Below, in pieces: positions 40,894-52,705 of a DNA stretch of 64,000 nucleotides (the stretch's first letter is position 1; each line of letters begins with the position of its first letter). A model generated the notes under the pieces. It saw only the letters and a program-made list of their open reading frames with translations, had not been told where the DNA came from and did no database searches. Both the position numbers and the translations under genes were made by a program. This DNA comes from a bacterium. Lineage in GTDB: Bacteria; Pseudomonadota; Alphaproteobacteria; Rhodobacterales; Rhodobacteraceae. The stretch covers positions 40,682-104,681 of the forward strand of contig WGOE01000008.1 of the NCBI GenBank assembly GCA_016124195.1, written 5' to 3'.

Positions 40894-42140
40894 GGCTGCG
40901 CGATGCCCTGCAATTCGTTCAGGCGCCGGTTCAGCCGCGCGATGCCGGGCGCCATGGTGAAGCCGGACAAAAGCCGGGCCTCAGCGGCCTCGGCCAGGGC
41001 CACAGCGCGCGACGGGTCGCGGGCCAGGGCCAAGATGGCATCGGCCAGCGCCTGCGGCGCGTCCTCGGACAAAACGCCCGAGACGCCGTCGGTGATGAAT
41101 TCCGGGATCGCCGCGACCGGCGTCGACAGGATGGGCAGCCGCTGGCTCGCCGCCTCCATCAGCACGTTGGGCAGGCCGTCTCGGTCGCCGTCCGAGGCGA
41201 TCCGGCTGGGCAGAACGAAGATGTCGGCCGCGCGCATCGCCGCGATCACCTCTGGCTGGTCCGAGGCGCCGCGCCAAGTGATCCGTCCGGCGACGCCCGC
41301 CGTTTCGGCGCGGGCGACAAGGGCCGCGTGCAGGGCGCCGCCGCCCATATGGGTCCAGGTCCAGGGCAGATCGGCGGGCAACAGGGCCAGCGCGTCGATC
41401 AGGCGGTCAAAGCCCTTCTTCTCGACCAGTCGACCCACCGACAAAAGGCGTAGCTCGGCCCCCTTCGGATCACGCGGCCGCGGCGGCGGCGCGGGAAAGC
41501 GCGACAGGTCCAGCCCGTGGTAGATCAACTCGATCCGGTCGGGCCCGGGGCTGAGGCTGCGCAGATGCTCGGCCCCATAGCCGGTGCAGGTCGCGCCAAA
41601 GACGGCGCCCTGGCTCGCGGGGTCCAGCTTTTCGCGCTTTTCCCAGTCGGGCGAGGTCCAGATGTCCTTGGCATGGGCCGAAAAGGCCCAAGGCAGGCCG
41701 CGCATGACCGCGGCATAGCGGGCGACCGAGGCGGGCGTGTGCAGGAAATGCGCGTAAAGCGCCCGGGTCGAGGGGTCCATCTCGGTCGCAAGAACGCAGG
41801 CCTGGCCAAAGCGGCGCACCCGGTTGCGGCTGCGGTCGCGCGCCAGATCGCGCCGCCAGAGGCCAAGGGCCGCGGCAAAGCCCGGCAGGCGGCGCGCCGC
41901 CACCAGGGCGCGCAGCACCCGCAACGGCTCGTCATGCAGATATTCGGGCAGATAGCGGACGCGGGCCTTCAGCGCGTCATGCAGGGGATGGCGCTTCCTG
42001 TCGGTCGGATGGCGAAGCGACCAGATATCAAAGCGCTGGCCCGCTTCCTCCAGCGCCTTCAGTTCCTGGGCGATGAAGGTTTCGGACAGGCGCGGCCAGC
42101 CTTTGACCACCACGCCGAGCGTGACGCCCGCTGCCGTCAT
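40890..42140 (-). CDS. glycosyltransferase family 4 (WcaL-like)
   Basis: 416 aa. N-terminus VVKGWPRLSETFIAQE; C-terminus FVLPSRIASDGDRDGLPNVLMEAASQRLPILST (E-x7-E region). ATGA overlaps on both sides. Confidence 0.85.
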   Translation of the reverse strand: MTAAGVTLGVVVKGWPRLSETFIAQELKALEEAGQRFDIWSLRHPTDRKRHPLHDALKARVRYLPEYLHDEPLRVLRALVAARRLPGFAAALGLWRRDLARDRSRNRVRRFGQACVLATEMDPSTRALYAHFLHTPASVARYAAVMRGLPWAFSAHAKDIWTSPDWEKREKLDPASQGAVFGATCTGYGAEHLRSLSPGPDRIELIYHGLDLSRFPAPPPRPRDPKGAELRLLSVGRLVEKKGFDRLIDALALLPADLPWTWTHMGGGALHAALVARAETAGVAGRITWRGASDQPEVIAAMRAADIFVLPSRIASDGDRDGLPNVLMEAASQRLPILSTPVAAIPEFITDGVSGVLSEDAPQALADAILALARDPSRAVALAEAAEARLLSGFTMAPGIARLNRRLNELQGIAQP

Positions 42141-43306
42141 ATCACCGGGCTGTCCGTGTCGGCCTTGACCAAAAGGCGCACCCGGCTGCAGATGTTTTCC
42201 AGACCGCCCAGCAGGCCCGGGTACACCCGCGACGAGGGCGGCGCCTGCAGGGGCAGGTTGCGGATGGCCTTGATCATCGCGGCCGGCGTCATGCCGTCGC
42301 GCGCCTCGTCGATCATCTTGACCAGCCCCAGTTCCTCGGCCCGAGTGGCGCGGATGTACTGTTCCAGCCGGGGCACGGTGCGCGGCACGATCACGGCGGG
42401 CTTGTCGAAGGACAAGACCTCGCAGAACGTGTTGTAGCCGCCCATCGAGATCACGCCCTGCGCATCGGCAAAAAGGTTCTCGATCTTGGATTCAAAGCCC
42501 AGCGTGCGCACGCGGCCATCCAGCTTTTCGACCCGCGTCTCGAACTCGGCCAGGGTGTCGCCCGACAGGAAGGGGCCATAGACCAGCACCGCCCTGGGTG
42601 ACAGGTCGGGGTCCTGTTCATAGGCCGACAGGACCAGGTTGACCATCGCCTCGCCATCGCCGCCGCCGCCGGGCGTGATGAGGATATAGGGTTCGACATT
42701 GTCATGGCGCAGCGTGGTGACCTTGCGGCGGATATAGCCGGTAAAGAACATCCGGTCGCGCACCGCCTGCGAGAAATTCAGGCCGACGGTCGGATCATAG
42801 ATGGATTTCAGCCCATAGACCCAGATGTCGTCATAGAATTCCTCGGTGGCCTCGACAGCGCCCTTGCGGCTCCATTCGGCGGCCAGCACATCGGGTTCGT
42901 CCAGCACATCGCGCAGGCCCAGCACCAGCCGCGCCGCACTGTTGCGCTTGAGCCAGTTGAGCGCCGGCATCAGTTCGCCGCGAAAGCCGGTCGGCTCCTT
43001 GTCGACGATGAAGAGGTCGGGATCGAAATGTTCGACCGCCGACCGGATCAGACCCGAGCGCAGGGCGGTGGTCTCTTCGATGTCCAGACCCAGCGTTTCC
43101 GAGACATAGGAGCCGTCGCTCTTCTTGGTGACCCCGGGCAGGCGGATGAAATCGACCCGCTTGGGAAAGGCAAAGCGCCCCGCCACCGGTGAGCCGGTCA
43201 GGATGATCGCCGACATTTCCGGGTTGTCGGCGGTCATGGCACTGGCGATGGCATGGGACCGGCGCAGATGGCCGAGGCCAAAGGTATCGTGGCTGTAGAA
43301 CAGCAC
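42137..43306 (-). CDS. glycosyltransferase (GT-B, COG4671-type)
   Basis: 389 aa, GTG start. LFYSHDTFGLGHLRRSHAIASAM is the N-terminal motif. Paralogue of 38073-39206. Confidence 0.8.
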   Translation of the reverse strand: MLFYSHDTFGLGHLRRSHAIASAMTADNPEMSAIILTGSPVAGRFAFPKRVDFIRLPGVTKKSDGSYVSETLGLDIEETTALRSGLIRSAVEHFDPDLFIVDKEPTGFRGELMPALNWLKRNSAARLVLGLRDVLDEPDVLAAEWSRKGAVEATEEFYDDIWVYGLKSIYDPTVGLNFSQAVRDRMFFTGYIRRKVTTLRHDNVEPYILITPGGGGDGEAMVNLVLSAYEQDPDLSPRAVLVYGPFLSGDTLAEFETRVEKLDGRVRTLGFESKIENLFADAQGVISMGGYNTFCEVLSFDKPAVIVPRTVPRLEQYIRATRAEELGLVKMIDEARDGMTPAAMIKAIRNLPLQAPPSSRVYPGLLGGLENICSRVRLLVKADTDSPVI

Positions 43307-43383
43307 TCTTGGCTTGCGGCCCTTCCAGGCGATCGGTCGTTAAGTGATCGTGTGCAGCATGTCGGGGCCTCTTGGGAGTCCTC

Positions 43384-44661
<1,278 letters not shown>

Positions 44662-44877
44662 AGCCTTCGCCTTTCAGCCCGGGATTCCGGTACCGCGCTG
44701 CAGCCCGCATCCCCATTCGCGCAAAATACTGGCCCTGATGCCACGACCGGCGCCGTTCTGGGGCCGGCCGCTCGCGCCGGAGGCGACCAGACTGCCGGGC
44801 GACCTCTAACAGACGTGACCAAGACGGTCAATTCCACCCCCCGTTTGCCCGCCCAGCGCCCCGTTTCCATGCCCGGA

Positions 44878-46029
44878 TCAGCCTTTGTACGGGTCCAGAC
44901 AATCGCGCAACCCATCGCCAAAGAAGCTGAACGCCAGCACGACCAGAATGATCGGAACCATCGGGATCGCGGTCCAGGGATAGATCTCGATCGCGGCGAG
45001 TTGCTGGGCGTCGTTCAGCATGACCCCCCAGCTGACCGCAGGCGCACGCAGGCCAAGCCCCAGGAAAGACAGCGCCGTCTCGCCCAGGATCATGCCCGGG
45101 ATCGACAATGCCGCGCTCGCAATCAGGTGGCTTGTAAAATTCGGCAGCAGGTGGCGCCGGATTATACGGGCCGGACGGGCGCCCATGATTTCGGCGGCCA
45201 TCACATAGTCTTCTTCCCGCAGGCTCAGGAACTTGGACCGGACCGAGCGTGCCAGTCCCGGCCAATCCAGTACGCCGAGGATGACCGAGATGATGAAGAA
45301 CACGGCAACCGGGCTCCAATGCGACGGCACGGCGGCCGACAGCGCCAGCCAAAGCGGAAGTTCCGGCAGGGATCGCAGCACCTCGATCATGCGCTGGACG
45401 ATCCAGTCGGTCGTGCCGCCGAAATAGCCGGCGAGGCTGCCCAGGGTGATGCCGATCAGGAAGGACACGCTGATCCCGATCAGCCCCACCGTCAGCGACA
45501 GTTGCGCCCCCAGCAGGATGCGCGACAGCATGTCCCGCCCCAGCCGGTCAGAGCCCAGAAGGAACACCGTCGCCCCCGCGGGCGCGCAGAACAGATGCCG
45601 GTCGGTCGGGATCAGCCCGAACAGATTGTACTTGCCGCCGCGACAAAAGAACTCCACCGCGGCCGGGTGGTCGAAATCGGCCGTGTAGTCCCAGCGGAAC
45701 CTCACCAGATCGGCCCGGGCCGTCGTGGGATAGACATGGGGGCCGATGAAGCTGCCGTCGTGGAACAGATGAATGGCCTGCGGCGGGGCGTAAAGATAAT
45801 CGGTGTGCCTTTCGTTCGCCGTATAGGGAGCGATGAAATCCATGAAGGGCAGCAGGATGTAAAAGCCCAACAGGAACACGCCGGAAACCAGCGCCAACCG
45901 GTGCCGCCGGAACTTGCGCCACATCAACCCATAGTAGGATTGTTCGACCGCACCGCCCCCCGCGGCCTTGCCATCCTCGGGTTCGTAAGGCGCGTCATCG
46001 ACATAGTGGTCGTCGGGAAGAAGGCTCAT
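44878..46029 (-). CDS. ABC transporter permease (DppC/OppC-type)
   Basis: Start ATG 46029 (MSLLPDD), ATGA overlap with the preceding permease. Contains the EAA-like loop LREEDYVMAAEIMGARPARIIRRHLLPN. Confidence 0.9.
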   Translation of the reverse strand: MSLLPDDHYVDDAPYEPEDGKAAGGGAVEQSYYGLMWRKFRRHRLALVSGVFLLGFYILLPFMDFIAPYTANERHTDYLYAPPQAIHLFHDGSFIGPHVYPTTARADLVRFRWDYTADFDHPAAVEFFCRGGKYNLFGLIPTDRHLFCAPAGATVFLLGSDRLGRDMLSRILLGAQLSLTVGLIGISVSFLIGITLGSLAGYFGGTTDWIVQRMIEVLRSLPELPLWLALSAAVPSHWSPVAVFFIISVILGVLDWPGLARSVRSKFLSLREEDYVMAAEIMGARPARIIRRHLLPNFTSHLIASAALSIPGMILGETALSFLGLGLRAPAVSWGVMLNDAQQLAAIEIYPWTAIPMVPIILVVLAFSFFGDGLRDCLDPYKG

Positions 46030-47057
46030 TTGCCCCGCGCTCCATATCTGATCCGCGGGTCGAGCAGCACCAGAAGCACATCCGACACCATCGTGCCGAC
46101 CAGTGTCAGGAAGGCCACGAACAACAGGATGAAGCCGGCCAGGAACTGGTCCTGCGATTTGAGCGCGGCCAGAAGCACCGGCCCGATGGTCTGCAACCCG
46201 AGCACGACCGAAACGAGGACCGAGCCCGAGATCAGCGCCGGCAACAGGTTGCCGATATCGGCGACGAACGGGTTGAAGGCGGCGCGCAGCGGGTATTTCA
46301 GCAGCGTGCGGGTGGGCGTCAGGCCCTTGGCGGTGGCGGTTTCGACATAGGGCTTGTCCAGTTCGTCCAGCAGATTGGCGCGCAGCCGCTGCATCATGCC
46401 GGCCGCCCCCGCCGTGCCGATCACGAAGGTCGGCACGATCAGGTGCAGCAGGATCGACCAGAGCTTGTCGAGGCTCATCGGCTCGCCCTCGTAATCGGGC
46501 GACATCAGGCCGCCGATCGGCAGGTTGAGGTAGCGGTGCCCGTAGTAGAACAACACCAGCGCCAACAGAAAGTTCGGCGTGGCATGGCCCAGATAGCCCA
46601 CGAAGGTCGCGGTGTAATCGACCCAGGTCTTGGACCGCGCCGCGGCCAGGATGCCCAGGGGCAGCGCCACGGCATAAACGAACAGAACCGCGGCCAGATT
46701 GACCATCACGGTCAGCCACAGCGTGTCACCCACAATCTCGGTCACCGGCTTTTCAAACTCGAAGGACCAGCCGAAATCGCCCTGGATCAGGCCGGAATAG
46801 CCATGCGGGCCGGGGGCAAAGCCGGTCCAGATCAGATATTGCTGCCACAGCGGCCGGTCGAGCGCGTATTCGTGACGCATGAACTGGGCCTTGGCCACGC
46901 CCGCCTCCTGGCCCGTCGATTGCAACTCGTTGATCTGGTTGCTGAGATAGTCGCCCGGCGGCAGGTTGATGATGGCAAAGACCAAGGCCGAGACGACCAG
47001 CAGCGTCAAGAGCATGGTGCCGAAGCGGAAGGCCACATAGCGCAGGATCAGCGTCAT
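46026..47057 (-). CDS. ABC transporter permease (DppB/OppB-type)
   Basis: 343 aa. MTLILRYVAFRFGTMLLTLLVVSALVFAIINLPPGDY is the typical N-terminus, and YVETATAKGL is the EAA loop. Confidence 0.9.
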   Translation of the reverse strand: MTLILRYVAFRFGTMLLTLLVVSALVFAIINLPPGDYLSNQINELQSTGQEAGVAKAQFMRHEYALDRPLWQQYLIWTGFAPGPHGYSGLIQGDFGWSFEFEKPVTEIVGDTLWLTVMVNLAAVLFVYAVALPLGILAAARSKTWVDYTATFVGYLGHATPNFLLALVLFYYGHRYLNLPIGGLMSPDYEGEPMSLDKLWSILLHLIVPTFVIGTAGAAGMMQRLRANLLDELDKPYVETATAKGLTPTRTLLKYPLRAAFNPFVADIGNLLPALISGSVLVSVVLGLQTIGPVLLAALKSQDQFLAGFILLFVAFLTLVGTMVSDVLLVLLDPRIRYGARGK

Positions 47058-49051
47058 TGCCCGGCCTCCGGCGCGAAAAAGAACTCGTCCGGGCGCAGCA
47101 CGCCGAACTGGGCGCCGGGTTCCCAGGCCCAGATCGCGGTGTCCGGCACGTTGCGCAACTTGCGCGAGACGACAACGGGCTGCGGCGCGCCGTTGAGGAT
47201 GCCGATGCCATAGACCTGATCGGCATGGATCGCCAACATGTCGCGCCAGATGCGGGTGCGTTCCTCATCAGTCGTGGCCTTGTCCCAGTCGCGGGCAAGA
47301 TCCAAGAGGCGGCGCGGCTGGATCATGTCGACAGGCTCGCCCGCCGCCCCGTTGGTCTGGAAATATTGGCCCCATTTCGGCCAGGCGAAGAATTCCTGCT
47401 GTTCGGGCGCGAGATAGGCCGGCGAGGTCTGCGGCGTCGGGATGCCGTCGTCCCAGCCGTACCAGACGGCCGCCATCGTCTGGCCCGCATCGACGCGGTT
47501 ATACAGCGTGTCGCGGTCCAGCGGGCGCATGATCAGCTGCACGCCGATGTCGCGCCAGGTGTCCACGATGATCTGCAAGGCACTTTCGACCTCGTCCCGT
47601 TCACCCGAAGTCTCGACGATCAGGCGCAGCGGGCGGCCATCGGGCAAGAGGCGGTAGCCGTCGCTGGAACGGGCCGTCAGGCCCATCTGATCCAGCAGCG
47701 CATTGGCCTGCACCGGGTCATAATCGGCCCAGGCCCTGCGGAGCCTGTCGTCATAGAACGGGCTTTTCGGCAGGACTGTCATGGCCCCCTCGGTCGCCAT
47801 CCCGAAATAGAGCGTGCGGTTGATGATGCGCCGGTCGATGGCCAGCGACAGGGCCCGCCGGAACCGCACGTCGCGCAGGACCTTGCGCCAGACCGGATCG
47901 GCATAGTTCAGGTTGGGATAGATCGCGATCTGCGAAGCCGCACCGCTTTGCCACAGAAGGGTGCGGTAGTTGCCGTTGTCCAACTCGCCCTGCTTGAGGA
48001 TCGAGACATCCTTGAAATCAAGCCCGCGCGCCTGCAGATCGGCCTCGCCCGCATTGGCCTTGGCCGCGATCAGCCCGCCGCCGGCCACGGTCATTTCGAC
48101 CTCGTCGATATAGGGCAGCTGAGTGCCCGTCGAATCGATGCGGTGGTAATAGGGGTTGCGCACGAAGGTGCGGCGCGACTTGCCCCCGGCGGCGGTGTTG
48201 ACCCAGGGCTGCAAGGTCGGCTCGTCGGGATTGTCGAACTTGTACATGTTGTCGAGCGCATTGTGCAGTGCCGCCCAGCTGCGCACCTTGTGATCGGCAA
48301 TCGCCTGCGCCATCGAGGCGACGGGCGTGAAATCCGCGTTGAACTGTTTGAGGTAATGCGCCGGCCGGTAGATGAAGGGCGGGCTGGCCATCGCGAGTTC
48401 GGGCAAAAAGCGCGGGTTGGGCCTGGACCAGGCGTAGATCACCGTTTCGGCGTCGGGAAAGCTGACCTTGGGCAATTCGCCATCCACCCGCAGAAAATCG
48501 GGCGGGCCCGAGGGGGTCAGATCGGCATTGTTGGCGACATGGTCCCACCAGTATTCGAAATCCTCCGAGGTGAAGGGCACGCCGTCCGACCAGCGATGCC
48601 CGCGCCGCAGATGGAAGGTGAAGATGCGTCCTTCGACCACGTCCACGCTTTTGAGGATGTCGGGCTGCAGGGTGTAGTTCTGGTCATAGCCGACAAGCCG
48701 CGCATAGCCGAAGGGCACCATCTGCCGCACGTCCTTGATCTGGCCGATCATGGTGTGCAGCGTGCCGCCCTGAACTCCGGTCTCGCGCCCCTTGGCCGCA
48801 AGGTCCACCACAAGGGGGTCCAGCGGAATGCGCGCGGCGGCGGGCGGCAGTTTGCCCTTGGCGACGGCATCGGCGAAGTAGGCGCTTTCCTTGACGGCGG
48901 GAACGGTCTGGGTCTGGGTCGGGGCTGGGGTCGCCGTCTGGGTCGCCGTCTGGGTCGCGGTCTGGGTCGCCGTCTGGCTTTCGGTCTGGGCCGGGGCCGG
49001 CGCGGTCAACTCCCCCGTGACGGCCAAGGCCAGAACCACAAGCCTAAACAT
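47054..49051 (-). CDS. ABC transporter substrate-binding protein (family 5, peptide/nickel type)
   Basis: Start ATG 49051 ([11 protein letters not shown]..., signal peptide), followed by a (TQTA)n linker and a ~600-aa SBP_bac_5-like body. The 713-aa track version is an extension. Confidence 0.9.
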   Translation of the reverse strand: MFRLVVLALAVTGELTAPAPAQTESQTATQTATQTATQTATPAPTQTQTVPAVKESAYFADAVAKGKLPPAAARIPLDPLVVDLAAKGRETGVQGGTLHTMIGQIKDVRQMVPFGYARLVGYDQNYTLQPDILKSVDVVEGRIFTFHLRRGHRWSDGVPFTSEDFEYWWDHVANNADLTPSGPPDFLRVDGELPKVSFPDAETVIYAWSRPNPRFLPELAMASPPFIYRPAHYLKQFNADFTPVASMAQAIADHKVRSWAALHNALDNMYKFDNPDEPTLQPWVNTAAGGKSRRTFVRNPYYHRIDSTGTQLPYIDEVEMTVAGGGLIAAKANAGEADLQARGLDFKDVSILKQGELDNGNYRTLLWQSGAASQIAIYPNLNYADPVWRKVLRDVRFRRALSLAIDRRIINRTLYFGMATEGAMTVLPKSPFYDDRLRRAWADYDPVQANALLDQMGLTARSSDGYRLLPDGRPLRLIVETSGERDEVESALQIIVDTWRDIGVQLIMRPLDRDTLYNRVDAGQTMAAVWYGWDDGIPTPQTSPAYLAPEQQEFFAWPKWGQYFQTNGAAGEPVDMIQPRRLLDLARDWDKATTDEERTRIWRDMLAIHADQVYGIGILNGAPQPVVVSRKLRNVPDTAIWAWEPGAQFGVLRPDEFFFAPEAGQ
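48930..48989. repeat. 12-bp tandem repeat (about 5 units) inside the SBP gene
   Basis: GTCGCCGTCTGG at 48930, 48942 and 48966, GTCGCGGTCTGG at 48954, and a degenerate unit at 48978. Encodes TQTATQTATQTATQTA just after the signal peptide. Confidence 0.85.
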
Positions 49052-50819
49052 GGCAGCGCACCCTGTGGCCGGGCTGGACCATCTGCAAGGGTGGCACCTG
49101 GCTGGCCGAGATGCGGAAGGCCTCGGGCCAGCCCTCGGGATCGCCGGCACCCTGCGCCACGACCTTGAGGTCGATCTTGCGCGCCACGTCCGCATCGGGT
49201 CGGGCGGCGATCAGGGCGCGGGTATAGGGATGCACCGGATGATTGAACAGCACGCTCGGCCGGGCCTGTTCGACCACGATGCCACCCCGCATCACCGCGA
49301 CCTCGTCGGCAATGCGCGCCACCACGGCAAGATCATGCGAGATGAACAGGTAGGACAGGCCACGCTGGTCCTGCAGATCCTCAAGCAGGGCCAGGATATG
49401 GCCCTGGATCGACACATCCAGCGCCGAGGTCGGCTCGTCACAGACCAGAAACATCGGGTCCATCATCAACGCGCGCGCAATCGACAGGCGCTGGCGCTGG
49501 CCGCCCGAAAAGGCATGCGGAAAGCGGTTCATGGCCGAGGCGTCGAGGCCCACCTGGCGCAACATCTGGATCGCCCGGTCGCGCCGTTCGGCGCGCTGGC
49601 CTATGTTGTTGATCTCCATCGGCTCGGCCAACGCGTCGCCCACGCTCATGCGCGGGTTGAACGAAGAATAGGGGTCCTGAAACACCGCCTGCAACTGGGT
49701 GCGGAAGGTGACACGCTCGGCGGGGCTCATCGCGTGAATGTCGACCGGATCGCCGCCCGGAGTGGCGCGAAACAGGATCGCGCCGCCGGGGTCCGGCCGT
49801 TCGGCGCCGAGGACCATCCGCGCGCAGGTGGTCTTGCCCGAGCCGGATTCGCCCACGATGGCGAGCGTCTTGCCGCGCGGCACCGACAGGTCGATGTTGC
49901 GGCAGGCGGCGACCAGCGCCGGCGAGCCCCAGGCGGCGCGCGCCCGCAGCCGGTAGGTCTTGGAAACCGAATGCAGTTCCAGGATGGCATCGCCGGAAGC
50001 GGCATCCGGCTCTAGCACCTCGGTCGAGGGGCTGGCCGGCGTGGCCGCCAATAGCGCGCGGGTATAGCCATGCGCCGGACGGCCCAGCACATCGGCGGCC
50101 TTGCCTGCCTCCATCACCCGGCCGCGCCGCAGCACCACGACCTTGTCGGCGATATTGGCGACCACGCCCAGATCATGCGTGACAAAGATCACCGCCATCC
50201 CGGTTTCGACCTGCAAGCTCTTGATCAGGCCCAGGACCTGCGCCTGCGTCGTCACATCCAGCGCGGTGGTCGGTTCATCGGCGATCAGCAGGTCGGGCTT
50301 GGCCACCATGGCCATGGCGATCATGGCGCGCTGGCGCATGCCGCCCGACATTTCAAAAGGATAGGCCCGAAAGGCGCGTTCCGGATCGGCAAAGCCCACA
50401 TGAGCAAATTCGCGCAACACGGCAGCCTGCGCATCGGCCCGGCCCATGGCCCGATGCAGGTAAAGAACCTCTGTCACCTGATCGCCCAGCGTATGGAGGG
50501 GCGACAGCGACTGCATCGGTTCCTGAAAGATCATCGAGATGCGGTCGCCCCGGATCGCCCGCATCGCGCGGGGTTCGAGGCCACAAAGATCAAGCGCCGG
50601 CTTGCCCGGGCTGTTCAGCGTGATCGTGCCGGACTGGATGCGCGCGATCTTGGGCAGGATCTGCAGGATGGCCCGGCAGCTGAGCGTTTTGCCAGAGCCG
50701 GACTCGCCGACCAGGGCCAAGGTCTCGCCGCGTTCGACCGAAAAGCTGATATTGTCCAATACCGGGCGGGCCAATCCCAGGCCGATGGTCAGATCGCGGA
50801 CGTCCAGAAGGGCGGGCAT
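49044..50819 (-). CDS. ABC transporter ATP-binding protein, fused double ATPase (DppD-DppF type)
   Basis: 591 aa with two complete cassettes: GESGSGKT twice, and signatures [14 protein letters not shown] and [14 protein letters not shown]. Confidence 0.9.
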   Translation of the reverse strand: MPALLDVRDLTIGLGLARPVLDNISFSVERGETLALVGESGSGKTLSCRAILQILPKIARIQSGTITLNSPGKPALDLCGLEPRAMRAIRGDRISMIFQEPMQSLSPLHTLGDQVTEVLYLHRAMGRADAQAAVLREFAHVGFADPERAFRAYPFEMSGGMRQRAMIAMAMVAKPDLLIADEPTTALDVTTQAQVLGLIKSLQVETGMAVIFVTHDLGVVANIADKVVVLRRGRVMEAGKAADVLGRPAHGYTRALLAATPASPSTEVLEPDAASGDAILELHSVSKTYRLRARAAWGSPALVAACRNIDLSVPRGKTLAIVGESGSGKTTCARMVLGAERPDPGGAILFRATPGGDPVDIHAMSPAERVTFRTQLQAVFQDPYSSFNPRMSVGDALAEPMEINNIGQRAERRDRAIQMLRQVGLDASAMNRFPHAFSGGQRQRLSIARALMMDPMFLVCDEPTSALDVSIQGHILALLEDLQDQRGLSYLFISHDLAVVARIADEVAVMRGGIVVEQARPSVLFNHPVHPYTRALIAARPDADVARKIDLKVVAQGAGDPEGWPEAFRISASQVPPLQMVQPGHRVRCHV

Positions 50820-51322
50820 TCAAAGCGTCCGGCCGGACATCGGTATCTTGGCCGGACCGAACCGGCACAGGGCAGAACCGCAGGTCCGAAGCGGCACTTC
50901 AATCACGCGAGAGGTCCTTTCCGACGGCTGAATTCATCAATCAAGGCACACTCATGCGCCAGCACGCAAGGCTCCAGCGCTCTGAAAGGGTCGCGCGAAA
51001 GCTCGGGTACTCTAGGAGAGGCCTGACCGTGGTTCAATCAATTTTGCGTGTCGCAAGAAAAGTCGCAGGATCAGGGCTTTGCGCCGGTTTTCAGGACAAG
51101 GGCCGGGGTTGACGGCCCGAACCGGGGCGTTTGAACGCACTTGGCAGGACGGCAGGCCCGGAGCCCGTCGGGCAAAACCGTTGCCGCCAAGGCCGGGAGT
51201 CGGCGATTGTGGGGGCCGGAACTGGACCTTGGCGGCAAAACCCACTAGGTCGCCTGACAGCGTGACCCGGACGGGTCGCCGCACGGACATGATCCCGCAC
51301 GACCACGATCGAGGGCATTGAC

Positions 51323-52699
51323 ATGGAACTCAGCGCAAAGCCCGGCAGTCTGGACCTGGACCGGGACGGTTTGCCCGCACCGCGCCGCTATTTCGCCATC
51401 GCCACGATCGTGGTCGGGCTGACGCTGGCGGTTCTCGATGGCACGATCGCCAATGTGGCTCTGCCCACCATAGCGCAGGATTTCCAGGCCGACGCCTCGA
51501 CCTCGATCTGGATCGTCAACGCCTATCAGATGGCCATCGTGATCAGCCTGCTGCCCCTGGCCTCGCTGGGCGAGATCCATGGCTATCGCCGGGTCTATCT
51601 GTGGGGCATCGCCCTGTTCACGGTGGCCTCGCTGGGCTGCGTGATGGCGCATTCGCTGGCGGTGCTGACCATTTCGCGCGCCATTCAGGGGCTGGGCGCC
51701 GCCGGATTGATGAGCGTCAATGCCGCGGTCCTGCGCTATACCGTGCCAAAAGACCGGTTCGGCGCCGCGATCGGTCTGAATGCGATGGTGGTGGCGGCGG
51801 CTTCGACGGTCGGGCCGGCCTTTGCCGGGATCATGCTTTCGGTGGTCAGCTGGCAGTGGCTCTTCGCGCTCAATCTGCCGCTGGGGATTTTGACGCTCGC
51901 GCTGGGGTGGCGCAGCCTGCCCGAAAGCCACCTTGCCGCGCAGACCTTCGACTGGATCAGCGCGGGCTTGAGTGCGGTGGCCCTGGGCCTTGTGATCACG
52001 CTGATCGACAGTCTGGGGCATGATCTGGCCCTGAGCCTTGTCGCAGGCCAGGCGGTGGCCTGCCTTGCCGCCTTCACGCTGCTGATCCGGCGCGAGCGGC
52101 ACCGGGCGCGCCCGCTTCTGCCGCTGGACCTGTTGCGAATTCCGATCTTCAGCCTGTCACTGTGTACCTCGGTTGCTTCGTTCGCGGCGCAGCTTCTGGC
52201 CTTTGTCTCGCTGCCCTTCACCTTTCAGACGGTGATGGGCTTTCCGACCGCAGAGGTCGGACTGCTGATGATGCCCTGGCCGGCGGCTCTGGCGGTCGTG
52301 GCGCCCTTGTCGGGGCGGCTGTCGGACCGCTTCAACGCGGCCGTGCTGGGGGGCGTCGGGCTGGTCCTGCTGGCGCTGGGGCTCTTGGCGCTGTGGCTTT
52401 TGCCGGCGCAGCCGACACCTTTGGACATCGCCTGGCGGATGGCGCTCTGCGGTGTGGGCTTCGGGATGTTTCAGGCGCCGAACAACCGCACGATGGTGGG
52501 GGCCGCCCCCAAGGCGCGCAGCGGCGCCGCCAGCGGTTTGCTGAGCACGGCCCGCCTGACCGGGCAGTCGATCGGCGCGGCACTCGTCTCGCTTCTGCTG
52601 GCGCGCATGGGCATCGCGGGGGCGCATTGGGCCTTGCTGGTGGCGGCGGGCTTCTCCACGGCCGCCGCTGCAATCAGCATGACGCGCACGAGGTATTGA
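51323..52699 (+). CDS. MFS transporter (DHA2/EmrB-like, 14-TMS type)
   Basis: 458 aa. LDGTIANVALPTIAQDF and repeated hydrophobic helices. Confidence 0.9.
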   Translation: MELSAKPGSLDLDRDGLPAPRRYFAIATIVVGLTLAVLDGTIANVALPTIAQDFQADASTSIWIVNAYQMAIVISLLPLASLGEIHGYRRVYLWGIALFTVASLGCVMAHSLAVLTISRAIQGLGAAGLMSVNAAVLRYTVPKDRFGAAIGLNAMVVAAASTVGPAFAGIMLSVVSWQWLFALNLPLGILTLALGWRSLPESHLAAQTFDWISAGLSAVALGLVITLIDSLGHDLALSLVAGQAVACLAAFTLLIRRERHRARPLLPLDLLRIPIFSLSLCTSVASFAAQLLAFVSLPFTFQTVMGFPTAEVGLLMMPWPAALAVVAPLSGRLSDRFNAAVLGGVGLVLLALGLLALWLLPAQPTPLDIAWRMALCGVGFGMFQAPNNRTMVGAAPKARSGAASGLLSTARLTGQSIGAALVSLLLARMGIAGAHWALLVAAGFSTAAAAISMTRTRY

Positions 52700-52705
52700 G
52701 CCCCC

